Of a DNA stretch of 64,000 nucleotides, positions 35,985-45,047 are shown one piece after another. Numbering within the stretch: the first letter of the stretch is position 1; each line of letters opens with the position of its first letter. Position numbers and translations under genes: made by a program. The notes under the pieces are model-generated. The model did no database searches and had not been told where the DNA came from. It was given only the letters and a program-made list of their open reading frames with translations. Source of the DNA: an uncultured virus (IMG/VR IMGVR_UViG_3300021404_000009) (taxonomy: Duplodnaviria; Heunggongvirae; Uroviricota; Caudoviricetes); IMG/VR virus record IMGVR_UViG_3300021404_000009, one strand, 5' to 3'.

Positions 35985-36284
35985 GTGATGGACGACGCGG
36001 ATCTCAAGTTGCTGGCAGACCGCTACGAGGTCGCCTGCTGTCGGCAGCGGGACGCCACGGAGGTGATGGGTGCGGCCCAAACCGCGAGGGCGAAGCGAGT
36101 CAATGCCACGTTCAAGGCGAAGCGATCGCTCGCCAGAGCAATCCGCAACAGATCGCCTGGCACGAGCACAACTCATCCCGAAATCACCGTGGGCGGCACG
36201 CGGTACTTCGCGGTCTCGTGCCCTGGCGGACCCGACGAGATCCTGGCGGTCCCGCTCTTGCCTCAGCCCTTCTTCGGACGGTAG
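35985..36284 (+). CDS. Antisense moron, hypothetical protein
   Basis: TAGAAT at 35944 and AAGGAG RBS upstream. Confidence 0.55.
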   Translation: MMDDADLKLLADRYEVACCRQRDATEVMGAAQTARAKRVNATFKAKRSLARAIRNRSPGTSTTHPEITVGGTRYFAVSCPGGPDEILAVPLLPQPFFGR

Positions 36285-36408
36285 TCGGGCGGGGGCGTCT
36301 TGCCGCCACCTGGCGCCTTCGGGGCGAACTTGCGGTTCGGCGGGCTGCCCGTCTTCGTGGGCGGCTTGGACTTGCTGGGCTTCTTCGGGATGGCCATCGA
36401 ATGCACTC

Positions 36409-37244
36409 CTAGAGACTGATTGGTTCGTGTGCCGAGCGACCAACGACGATCGCCCGAGCGTCCATCACGGCACCGAGAAGCTCACCCGAACCACGTGCCC
36501 CGCTGTAGATCACGCCACGCTCGGGGCTGTAGTCGTCGGCCTGGACCGCGGCGATAAACTCGCGATCAGAAGCGAGGGCCTTGGTGAACCGTCTCAGGAC
36601 GAGACGTTCCACGGCGCCTGCGGCCGGTTCGGACTGAAGACAGGCGAGAAAATCGGGGTCCACCGGGGCTCCCTCGCTAAACGGGATAAGTGGACATGCG
36701 GCCCATGATCGCCAGTGCGTCCCGGGCTAGATCCTTCGGCATTTCAAAGTTGGGCGTAATGACGCCATTCCGACCATCGGCGTCCATGCTGATGGTTACG
36801 ACCCGGCCGCCGTTGCCTCTGGCTTCGATCATCTCCAGGGCGGCTCGGACGGAATTCGCGCCGTACTCGGTGGCGAGCGATTCCACTTGTTCGCGGAGGC
36901 ACAAGGCTTCGGTGGCCATTAAAGCTCCTTCGTGAGAAATGGGGTTCGGCTGCTTAGGCGATCTCGCGGCGGAACAGGCTGCCCTCGGGCGTGCTGTGGT
37001 CAGCTCGGTAGCCGTAAGCGATCCTGCCGACCACGACGACAGGCGACGACGTAACGAGATCGACTCCAGTGGCCTCTCGAATCAGGTCGCCCACTTTGCG
37101 GGCCGCGTCCTGCCGCTTGAACGCCGCGTCGTTAGCCATCTGCTCGGCCGCCAGTAACGCCTCGTGTAACGCGGTGTGCCTGGCCAACTTCGCCTCGTAG
37201 TCCGCAACGGCGGCTTCGATGGCGTCTTCCTGTTCGTTCGTCAT
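36409..37244 (-). CDS. Three small hypothetical genes (36409..36663, 36677..36919, 36954..37244)
   Basis: Each has a GGAG/AGGAG RBS; tandem between terL and portal. Confidence 0.6.
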
Positions 37245-37253
37245 CGCTGCTCC

Positions 37254-39617
37254 TCAAATGACCGATCGCCTTGGAACACGCTGAATGTTCAAGGCTGGCC
37301 TGCGTCCTTCCGGGAACTTGTCTTGAAGACCGCCCCTTAACGCATCCAAGAGGTCTTCATGTGGATGGCAAGGATCTTCTGGCCTATCAATGAACTGCCC
37401 CGCCCGCTTCGCCCGCTTGTAGTTCGCGAAGGCTTCGATAAGTTTGGTGCAGCGCGGATGAACGGTCAGAGCCGGCGGGTCGATCGCCACGAATGAGTTG
37501 ATGAGGCCAAGGCCATCGGCAACGCTGCCCGGAAAGCTCGGCCACGATTCAGGCTTGAACCCGGCCCGCGCGTACTCGCCGAGCACCGTCGGTCCTACCG
37601 CGTTCGCTGCCTTGCCGGCTGGGTCGGTTGTGGAGCGGTCGACTCGACCCCGGCATAACTCGTGAGACCGCGACACGATCGCCCGGGCCGCATCGTAGGC
37701 CGGGACACCGTAGCTGTAGTAATCGCCGAAGACCGTGATTCGGGTGGCGTCGCCTTCGCCTCGCACCTGGAACCACACGGCCCCAGTATGGACGCCTGAG
37801 TCGACCGCGAGATGGACGTGATAGTTGGGATGGAATTCGGCTTCGGTTGTGACATTGCCATCCCCAAAGCACTCAAACCACTGACCCTCGCCCGCCGCCC
37901 AAATCCCCTCAAGAAACCGCTTGCGCCGCGTGCCCCTGAGCCGGCCGAGCGAGTCAAGATACTGTTTGCCCGCCGGCGTCCAGTCCCGTCCATCCCATAG
38001 AGCGGGGTTGGCCTTATGATCGACCTGCCAGCGCCCGATCTCGCCCGCGTCGGCCCGTTTCTTCAGGTAGTGGCCCGGGTCGCCGGGGTTGGTGTCGCCA
38101 ATCAGGTAGCCGAGCCACGAGGGGCGGCCGGGGCGGTTAAGGCGGCCCCAGAGGGCGTCCCAGGCTTCCTCCTGGACCTCAACGCACTCGTTGACGTAGA
38201 CGATGTCCCAGGCGGTCGACAGGATGCGGTCTGGCTTGTCGAGGCCACCGAGGACGATCGTCGAGCCGTTGGGATAGTTGTAACTCTGGCGGGTGCGGCG
38301 TGAGGCACCATAGGCGATCGACTGGGCCGCATCCTCGACCAGCGTTTCCGCCTCGTACGTCACCATCACGGATTCCGTGAGGGACGCGCGGGTTTGGCGA
38401 CAAATGAGAATGCGAAGATTGGGATAATCGGCGGCGATGCAGTGGAGGGCGCGGAGGATTCCGTAGGTTTTGCCAGTATTGTGATGCCAGATTCCCTCGG
38501 CAAGATAATGCTCAGCCCCAGGTACAGTCAAATCATAATAGGAATCAGTTCGCTCGTACGTGATGCTCTTGATCTGTCCCCACTGCACGATAGAATTGCA
38601 TTCAGGAGGACACCACAATGTCATCGAAGGGCGTGCGACACCTGACCACAGAGCAGAAAACGCGGGTTCGGGAACTCCATCAATCGGGCATGAAGACGGG
38701 AGAAATCGCGGCAGACGCCTGCTGTTCAATGGCGCAGGTCCGCCACGCACTGAAGACAGCCGGCATGAAGTCGGTCGGCGGTCGGCCGAGTATTTGCGAC
38801 CAGCACGCCGACAAGATTCGCGCATGGGCGAACGAAGGTCTATCCTTTTCGGAAATGGCGAGACGCATAGGCTGTAGTCACTCGGACGTCCGTCGTTTTC
38901 TTGATCGTCGCAGATTCGATCGAACCCCATTCCATCAGTCGGGAAAGAATAACCCGGCATGGAAGGGCGGACGAATGATCGACAAGACTGGGTACGTCCT
39001 GATCTTGATGCCAGATCATCCCGAAGCAAACCGGCACGGATATATCCGGGAGCACCGTCTTGTGATGGAGCGGATGATCGGGCGACTACTACTTCCGGCC
39101 GAAGTCGTGCATCACAAGGACGATGACCGCCAGAACAACTCCCCCGACAATCTTGAACTATTTGCAACGAACGCCGAGCATCTTGCGGCGACTCTGAAAG
39201 GTCGGCGCCCGGCCTGGACAGAAGAGGGATGGGCCGCGATGCGAGCGCCGCGTCCCCGATGTCCACACGGCCAACATGAGTCCACCCGGCCGGCGTCAGA
39301 ATGAGATGGTCGGCCGTTCCGAGAAATGACTGGCCGGTCTCTAGCGTGACTCGGTAGAGCGGCGCCACGCCCTTGACAAAGGGCACCGACGCTCGCCGAG
39401 GCCCATAGAGGGTCGCCACCATCGGCGCGATGCCGCACCTATGCAATTCGCCAATCGGCACATGTTCGCCAGTCGTTGGGTCGAACAGCCTCGTTTCGGC
39501 GGCTATGCAGCCTGCCGGACTGTCGCACATGAGCTGTTTGGGCAGCGTCCCGGCTTCTAGCGCTTCTGCTATGCGGATATCAACCGGAATCGTTCTGCGT
39601 GGGTCTTCCATCGGCAC
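37254..39617 (-). CDS. terL: Terminase large subunit containing an intein (443 aa after splicing)
   Basis: Walker A SPAG|TGKT split by the intein; Walker B IVYVNE; motif III GDTNP; nuclease LAVDSG and EDLLDALR. Confidence 0.93.
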   Translation of the reverse strand: MPMEDPRRTIPVDIRIAEALEAGTLPKQLMCDSPAGCIAAETRLFDPTTGEHVPIGELHRCGIAPMVATLYGPRRASVPFVKGVAPLYRVTLETGQSFLGTADHLILTPAGWTHVGRVDIGDAALASRPIPLLSRPGADLSESPQDARRSLQIVQDCRGSCSGGHRPCDARLRPEVVVARSSAPSQDGAPGYIRAGLLRDDLASRSGRTQSCRSFVRPSMPGYSFPTDGMGFDRICDDQENDGRPSDYSLCVSPFPKRIDLRSPMRESCRRAGRKYSADRRPTSCRLSSVRGGPAPLNSRRLPRFLPSSCPIDGVPEPAFSALWSGVARPSMTLWCPPECNSIVQWGQIKSITYERTDSYYDLTVPGAEHYLAEGIWHHNTGKTYGILRALHCIAADYPNLRILICRQTRASLTESVMVTYEAETLVEDAAQSIAYGASRRTRQSYNYPNGSTIVLGGLDKPDRILSTAWDIVYVNECVEVQEEAWDALWGRLNRPGRPSWLGYLIGDTNPGDPGHYLKKRADAGEIGRWQVDHKANPALWDGRDWTPAGKQYLDSLGRLRGTRRKRFLEGIWAAGEGQWFECFGDGNVTTEAEFHPNYHVHLAVDSGVHTGAVWFQVRGEGDATRITVFGDYYSYGVPAYDAARAIVSRSHELCRGRVDRSTTDPAGKAANAVGPTVLGEYARAGFKPESWPSFPGSVADGLGLINSFVAIDPPALTVHPRCTKLIEAFANYKRAKRAGQFIDRPEDPCHPHEDLLDALRGGLQDKFPEGRRPALNIQRVPRRSVI
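38569..38609 (+). promoter_or_regulatory. Sigma70-like promoter and Shine-Dalgarno for the antisense HNH gene
   Basis: TTGATC (38569-74), 16 bp spacer, TAGAAT (38591-96), AGGAGG (38604-09), ATG at 38618. Confidence 0.65.
38618..39304 (+). CDS. HNH homing endonuclease with two N-terminal HTH domains, antisense within the intein
   Basis: Two HTH-like repeats, GKNNPAWKGG, GYIREHRLVME...EVVHHKDDDRQNNSPDNLEL. Confidence 0.92.
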   Translation: MSSKGVRHLTTEQKTRVRELHQSGMKTGEIAADACCSMAQVRHALKTAGMKSVGGRPSICDQHADKIRAWANEGLSFSEMARRIGCSHSDVRRFLDRRRFDRTPFHQSGKNNPAWKGGRMIDKTGYVLILMPDHPEANRHGYIREHRLVMERMIGRLLLPAEVVHHKDDDRQNNSPDNLELFATNAEHLAATLKGRRPAWTEEGWAAMRAPRPRCPHGQHESTRPASE

Positions 39618-39987
39618 CGAGGATGGCTATGCGTTTGGGCAGTTCGCCGCTCGCCAGGCTGGGCGTAGGCTTCGGGCTCTCCCGATACTTGTCGGGCTTG
39701 TGGGCTTTCAAGAGAAAGATCATCAGCGTGGCGGACGCCGGGTCAGATCGATCGAAAGCCCGTAGCCGCGCCTCGGCCTCAAGGGCTTCGGTCGCGATGA
39801 CCAGCGCCTCGTCCCAAGCCTTGCGGAACTTCGGGAACCGCTCGCGATGCCTGTAGACCCTGCGACGATTGACGCCAGCGGCGAGACAAGCCTCATTGAC
39901 GCATGAAGACCTAGACAAGTAGTCTAGAAACTTCCATCGCCAATCGCCCTTTTTTCTAGGTGTGACATCTGTGACGTATTCGGACAC
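39580..39987 (-). CDS. terS: Terminase small subunit
   Basis: ACLAAGVNRRRVYRHR HTH, F.KAWDEAL, LEAEARLRA, LMIFLLKAHKPDKYRE; overlaps terL start. Confidence 0.85.
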   Translation of the reverse strand: MSEYVTDVTPRKKGDWRWKFLDYLSRSSCVNEACLAAGVNRRRVYRHRERFPKFRKAWDEALVIATEALEAEARLRAFDRSDPASATLMIFLLKAHKPDKYRESPKPTPSLASGELPKRIAILGADGRPTQNDSG

Positions 39988-40003
39988 ATCGCACGCTCAA
40001 GTC

Positions 40004-40282
40004 TCACGAACCCGAGTAGTCCACTTCGATCGGAAACAACTCGGGATGATTCATGATAAACCGGCCTAAAGCCTCAGCCGGAGTCTCGCCTTGTTCCACA
40101 ATATCGTCGTCGTTGGACTCGGCCCCTTCGGGCGAATAGCGGACGACATAGGTAGTGCAGCCCAAGACGAAATGCCGCTTCATCCTCACCTTAATCCGCC
40201 CCGCCGCGTCGAACTTCTCGGCCCGTACCTCGTCGCGGATAGCCGAGACGAGTTTGTCGAAGGTCGATTGGTGATCGCTCAT
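40004..40282 (-). CDS. Hypothetical protein
   Basis: MSDHQSTFDKLVSAIRDEV..., purine-rich RBS. Confidence 0.55.
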   Translation of the reverse strand: MSDHQSTFDKLVSAIRDEVRAEKFDAAGRIKVRMKRHFVLGCTTYVVRYSPEGAESNDDDIVEQGETPAEALGRFIMNHPELFPIEVDYSGS

Positions 40283-40301
40283 CCCCTGCCGCTCCTCTTG
40301 G

Positions 40302-40625
40302 TTATAGCCCCGCCGCCCTCTCCACCTTACCCGCATCCAACACTTGTGTATTTTCCATCGGATCGGCAACCGTGAGTTTCGGCCCGTCCACGGCAAGCAC
40401 CGCCTTCAGCCTGGCGATCTCCCGATCCTTCGCGTTCTCGGACTCGCGTCGCCCCCTGTCCACGGCATCCCAGAAGAACCGCTTCAGGGTCACGTATCCC
40501 GAGATACCAGCGGCGATGGCCATGACGCATTGAAAGAACAGGCCGAGGTAGGACTGGGCAGAGGCGCCGCCGAATAGGAGCGTCAGGAAGGCGTCCAGGT
40601 GTCGGCGGAATGGGTGGTCGTGCAT
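40302..40625 (-). CDS. Membrane protein, possible holin
   Basis: Hydrophobic segments followed by a charged C-terminal tail. Confidence 0.45.
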   Translation of the reverse strand: MHDHPFRRHLDAFLTLLFGGASAQSYLGLFFQCVMAIAAGISGYVTLKRFFWDAVDRGRRESENAKDREIARLKAVLAVDGPKLTVADPMENTQVLDAGKVERAAGL

Positions 40626-40648
40626 GGCGTGGGCGGCCCTTCGTCGGG

Positions 40649-40786
40649 TCAGGAGGCGAACAGCGGTTGAGCAGACCGGGCTTCGGCGATCCGCTTCTCG
40701 GCGATGGCGAAGTAGCCGGGGTCGCGTTCGATGCCGATGAATTTGCGGCCGGTGTTGAGGCAGGCGATGCCGGTTGTTCCGCTGCC
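40649..40786 (-). pseudogene. C-terminal remnant of a beta-class N4/N6 DNA methyltransferase
   Basis: [33 protein letters not shown]; no start, cut at the IS end. Confidence 0.85.
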
Positions 40787-41191
40787 GGTAGTGGTTCACT
40801 TTGAATTGCCGGCTGACGACGGCAAGTAATCCGTCAGCCTTCCGCCGGCCTTGGCTTCTTCAGCTTCGATCATCTTAACGAGGTCAAGCATCGTCAATGG
40901 CGATGCCGCGATGCCGGCGGCGACGGCCGGGGTCGTCTTGAGCGTCATGTGCTTGCGGACGAAGTTGTAATGAAAGTAATGGAGCGCGACCGCGTGCTCG
41001 TGATTCTCGACCTTCTTTGAGAACGCATTCGTCAGCCGGGTCATCCGGCGGTTCGACATCCGTTGCGTCAGGTTCTGACGCTCCACGTAGGACGTGCTGA
41101 CCTTCTCTAAGTCCGGGTCGCCGATTCGCGGCTTCTTCTTGCATCCGGTGCACTCTGACGGGCTGTACTTGCCCTCATGCCCGGCTGGCAC
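40787..41191 (-). mobile_element. IS1-family transposase C-terminal fragment with one terminal inverted repeat
   Basis: STSYVERQNLTQRMSNRRMTRLTNAFSKK, YNFVRKH.TLKTTPAVAAG; end sequence GGTAGTGGTTCACTTTGAA at 40787. Confidence 0.75.
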
Positions 41192-41910
41192 GGCCGCTCA
41201 ACGGCTCGCACCGATTCGAGGCGTTCGCGGGCTCCGTCGTAGGCAAGATCGCCCTTCCACTGCGGATCGGCAAGTGCCTCAAGGACGGCAGTGGTTTTCT
41301 CCGGTGCGAATTCGTCAATCGCGTCCAGGACGCGCTCTCGCGTGCTTGGATCTGGATTGCGCGCCAGATCGGTCAGTGCTCGAATCCGGTCATCCTCAGC
41401 AATGGTCTCCATCCTGGCGATTACCGGCACGAAGCATTCACATTCCGGCCTCATCGACCGAGCGAGTTCCCGGAGCACAGGCCATGCCCGCTCGCCGTAT
41501 CGCCCGAGCAACGAAGCGGCTGCCAGCAATCGGCCCTCGTAAATGTGACGCCCGGCAGTGGGAATCGCCACGGCAAGTACCTCGCTGGGGGTGGCGATGC
41601 CCAAGATGTCCTGCGAAGTGCGGCGACGCTGGAAGAGCGGAGCGTCAATCATCTGATCAAAAAGATCGCGCACAAGCCGAAGCCGAGAATCGGACTCGCG
41701 ATAACGCTTTTCCGTCGTTGAGGGATCGCTGTACTCGCGGACCACCATGAAACCAGTATCCTGTTCGTATTTTGTTATATATTCGTACTTACTAATATTG
41801 TCTTGATTCCACGAAGATGTCATGGTCCCGTCGGGCGTGATTTGCGGCGGCCCCAGCGGCGGGGAAGCGTGGCCGTGCATCGGGCGGGGTCTCGGCGGCG
41901 AGAAGGTCAA
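41107..41910 (-). CDS. HEAT-repeat-like protein (start uncertain, possibly 41823)
   Basis: LTDLARNPDPSTRERVLDAI, LEALAD; AT-richer 5' part. Confidence 0.5.
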   Translation of the reverse strand: MTFSPPRPRPMHGHASPPLGPPQITPDGTMTSSWNQDNISKYEYITKYEQDTGFMVVREYSDPSTTEKRYRESDSRLRLVRDLFDQMIDAPLFQRRRTSQDILGIATPSEVLAVAIPTAGRHIYEGRLLAAASLLGRYGERAWPVLRELARSMRPECECFVPVIARMETIAEDDRIRALTDLARNPDPSTRERVLDAIDEFAPEKTTAVLEALADPQWKGDLAYDGARERLESVRAVERPCQPGMRASTARQSAPDARRSRESATRT

Positions 41911-43459
41911 GAGACAGGAAGTTCGTCGATCGGCTCAGGCTTGGCGTCGGGCAGCCACTTGCTCTTATGCCACCACGGGGTCCAGTCTTCGCCGAAGCGG
42001 TCCAGGAATTCTTCCCACCGCGCCCATTCAAGCCATCGCGTCTCATCGTTGAGCGTTACGGGGAAGAACAGGAAGCCCTCGCGAACTCGCGTGTCGCCGA
42101 AGTAGGGGCCGCGAAACTCACTGTTCCATCGCATCCGATCGGCTCCCTCAAAGCGGAACGTGCGGCTGTCTCGCCACCAGATAGGCGAAGTGCACCAGCG
42201 TCCAACCGACCGCCAGCAGTGCGAACCGGCTAATCGGCTCAGCGTCGAGGTTCGACACTCCCATGAAGGCCCAGCCGATCAGGTGCAGGGCGAAGCCGAA
42301 GAAGCCGAGGCCGATCCCCGTGGCCGCACTTTTGCCAAAATCCTCGAACGTCGGACGGCCAGACGGGAACTGGGACCGGAACAGGTCGAGCCCCTTGTTC
42401 GCGGCGTCGCGCAGTTTTGCCGATAGGGGCTTGGCGATTGGGTGGTCAGGCGGCTGGTCCATCACAACACCATCGCGAGGGCTTGGATTAGCAGGACGAA
42501 GAATAGGCCGGTCGCGAAGATGCCGGCGAGTAGGCCCAGGGCGGTGCGGGCCATTACTTCCTCGGGAATAGGTCGGTAAACTTCTTCCCCATCCACTCGG
42601 CGATCGGCTCGTGATACAGGAACCACGTCCAGGCGAAGACGGCCGGGATGGCCAGCAGCACCACCCAAAGCAGCACGGTGGAGTTCATGGCCATTCCCGG
42701 CTAGGACAGAGGTCGTGAATCGATTCGCCGCGGATCAGGCCCGCGACGATCCGGCCGATCTCCCACCATGTCCCGAGCACCATGAACACGATGGCACCGC
42801 AAAAGAAGAGGACGCCGAGAGCCACGAACGGGCCAACGAGGATAAAAACGGCGTACGCGATCGCGTCCTTCATTACTTCCCCGTCGCACTGGAATACAGC
42901 GACTTCGCCACCGCAACCACACCCGCGAACACCGCGCGGAGCACGGCCCCGAGCACGCCGAAGATCGCGACGCCGACCTTGATCTCCCAGGGCGAGTTGG
43001 CGATCAAAGCGGCCTCGACGGCGGCGAAGTCGGACTTGACGGTAGCGAGAAACGTGGCCATTGGCGGAAACTCCCACTGTTCGTCATGCCAAGACTGGGG
43101 CGGCGGAAACTCCCGCGCCAAGATGTCCCACTCGGCGTCGTTCGGCATGAGCCGTGCTAGATCATCCATTGCAGCCCGATAGGCTGCATCTTCAAGCGTG
43201 TAGGTGTCGATCTCGACCGTCTCGTACTGATCGCTCATCTGCCGCCAGTCTTCGGCGGGCCAGCGGGTGAGGGTGCGGGGGAGGATTCGCACGCCTCGCC
43301 TCCCCGCTCGAAGGGGTCGGGCTCATCGCCGAAGGCCAGCACGACAAGCCGCCACGCAACGCACCAAGGGCGGATCAGAAGGCGGCTAAGCCAGGGCCAG
43401 AACGGCTCGGCAGCATCGTCGCATGGGCTCGATCGCCGGTTGATCCCGGACGCCTTCAC
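41907..43459 (-). CDS. Cluster of small hypothetical, mostly membrane, genes
   Basis: Closely spaced ORFs (41907..42134, 42148..42465, 42685.., 42873.., 43235..43459), several with hydrophobic segments; starts uncertain. Confidence 0.45.
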
Positions 43460-44064
43460 TGTTCACCGGGCCAGATCCATTCGCAGGTGTTCTTGACGGC
43501 GGTCAGAAAGTCGAACGATCGCCAGCGGCTCACGAGATACTCTTGCTGTTCGAGCCACGCCGCACGGTTCACGATCGACTGAGCAATGGCCGGCGGGAAT
43601 CGCTTACGCCAGACCAGAGAGTCCATGAAATACAGGGCAAAGGCCCGATCGCTCAGCGTGTCCTGCGCGGGCGTCTGCCGCTTGTACTGTTCGAGGCCAA
43701 CCCAGGCCATCCACTGATCCCGCAGCCTATCGTTCATCGCCGCCTGAACCCGACCGGCAAGCCGCGTCGGCATGCCCCACGTAACGGCCCGAACCAGACT
43801 GGAGTAGCGAGGGAACTCGGCCGAGGCGAGCGGCCGCTTCACCTCGTACAGCCGGGCGAACGTCCCGAGTGCCCGATTGCGGACCTCGGCATCCCTATGC
43901 CGGCTCAGTGCGGTGCAGATGGGGTAAGCGTACGGCCCAAGCCGCTCTAGCCTCACCGTCGCCGCTTCCCTCACCCGATAGTCCGGGGACCGCCAGTCGT
44001 GGGCGTAGGACGATGGGCTTAGGAGGAGGGCGAGGGTGATGGAGATCAAGGCGGCTTCCTTCAT
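43456..44064 (-). CDS. Secreted HEAT-repeat-like protein
   Basis: Signal peptide MKEAALISITLALLLSPSSYA; DYRVREAATVRL, DAEVRNRA. Confidence 0.55.
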   Translation of the reverse strand: MKEAALISITLALLLSPSSYAHDWRSPDYRVREAATVRLERLGPYAYPICTALSRHRDAEVRNRALGTFARLYEVKRPLASAEFPRYSSLVRAVTWGMPTRLAGRVQAAMNDRLRDQWMAWVGLEQYKRQTPAQDTLSDRAFALYFMDSLVWRKRFPPAIAQSIVNRAAWLEQQEYLVSRWRSFDFLTAVKNTCEWIWPGEQ

Positions 44065-44132
44065 ACCAGGGCCGGGAGTCGAACCCGGGGAGTCGGAGTT
44101 ATGAGCCCCGATGGAGACCGTCTCTCCCTGAT
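44064..44132 (-). tRNA. tRNA-Met/Ile2 (CAT)-like gene with shortened D-arm, no encoded CCA
   Basis: Acceptor ATCAGGG/CCCTGGT; anticodon arm CGGGG-CTCATAA-CTCCG; T arm CCGGG-TTCGACT-CCCGG. Confidence 0.7.
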
Positions 44133-44181
44133 GCCGGATACCCACCGATGCCTTGCGGTCAAGGGTGGGCAGGTGATTTCG

Positions 44182-44619
44182 TTAGCTCGTCGGCGCGTCG
44201 GGCGTCTCACCCGTAACAGCCACAACCGGGGCCGTGGTCGGCGCGGCCGGCGCGGCGATCAGACTCGACACGAGACCAGCCGACGCGGGGCTCGGCCCCG
44301 ATTCCTTGCCGGCCTTGTTCGTGTAGATATAGAACGTCGAATAGGCGTCGGTCACGGCCGCGTTGAAGCTCGCGGCGCCGGCCGTCGCGTCGATCGCGGT
44401 GGGCGGCGTGGCGCCGTTCAGGGCGACGTAGACCGTAGTCTTGACGACGTCAGGATCGGCGGACTTCGTGACGGTATCGGTGAGCTGGTACATGGTCGAG
44501 GACTCCCGTTGGATTGAGATAAGGGGATGAGTGGTCGGCGCGGCCGGCGGCTGACCGAGACCGCGCAGGTACTTGATCGCGGCGAGAAGCTGAGCGTAGA
44601 GCCATGCGAACGGGCTCAT
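44182..44619 (-). CDS. Hypothetical protein with FN3-like features (start may be 44493)
   Basis: YIYTNKAGKESGPS, PAAPT. Confidence 0.5.
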   Translation of the reverse strand: MSPFAWLYAQLLAAIKYLRGLGQPPAAPTTHPLISIQRESSTMYQLTDTVTKSADPDVVKTTVYVALNGATPPTAIDATAGAASFNAAVTDAYSTFYIYTNKAGKESGPSPASAGLVSSLIAAPAAPTTAPVVAVTGETPDAPTS

Positions 44620-45047
44620 CGCGGGCAAACCCGCTGGCCCCTCGCGTTCGTGTAGCAGGACGACGGGGCCGAGACTCGCACAGGCTGCGCGGCAGGTGCC
44701 GGCTGCTCCGCCGGAAAGTAGCGGATCACGCCGCCGTCCATCCATCCCCAGACCTGGACGCCGTTCGCGGCAAGAAGCCATCCGCGGACGGGCTCGACGG
44801 GAGTGGGAGGCGGTTCGACGGCCGGGGGCGGCACGGGGGCGACCGCGCTAATCGCGAAGGCCAGGTCCGCCTTCAACTGCTTGTTCTCAGCGATGAGCTT
44901 CGTGATGTCGGCGGCCTGCTTATGGGCCTTGTGGTTGCAGCCGCAGTCGTCGCCGCAGGCACAGACAGTAGGAACGGAGGGCGGCTCGGCGGCACGGACG
45001 ATGGCGGGAGGCGAGTCGGCAATAGCAGCGGCCAATAGATCGATCAT
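44616..45047 (-). CDS. Hypothetical Pro/Cys-rich protein with short coiled coil
   Basis: CACGDDCGC; ATGA overlaps on both sides. Confidence 0.55.
   Translation of the reverse strand: MIDLLAAAIADSPPAIVRAAEPPSVPTVCACGDDCGCNHKAHKQAADITKLIAENKQLKADLAFAISAVAPVPPPAVEPPPTPVEPVRGWLLAANGVQVWGWMDGGVIRYFPAEQPAPAAQPVRVSAPSSCYTNARGQRVCPR

Larger units (their letters stand above)
38478..39509 (-). mobile_element. Intein (344 aa) in the terL P-loop
   Basis: Starts CIAAETRL (block A), GTADHLILT..GW (block B), YYDLTVPGAEHYLAEGIWHHN (blocks F/G), +1 residue Thr. Confidence 0.95.

Noticed and set aside
38618..39304. Group I intron or frameshifted terL as the explanation for the HNH insert
   Set aside because: terL is one continuous ORF with complete protein-splicing motifs at both junctions, so an intein explains it without RNA splicing.
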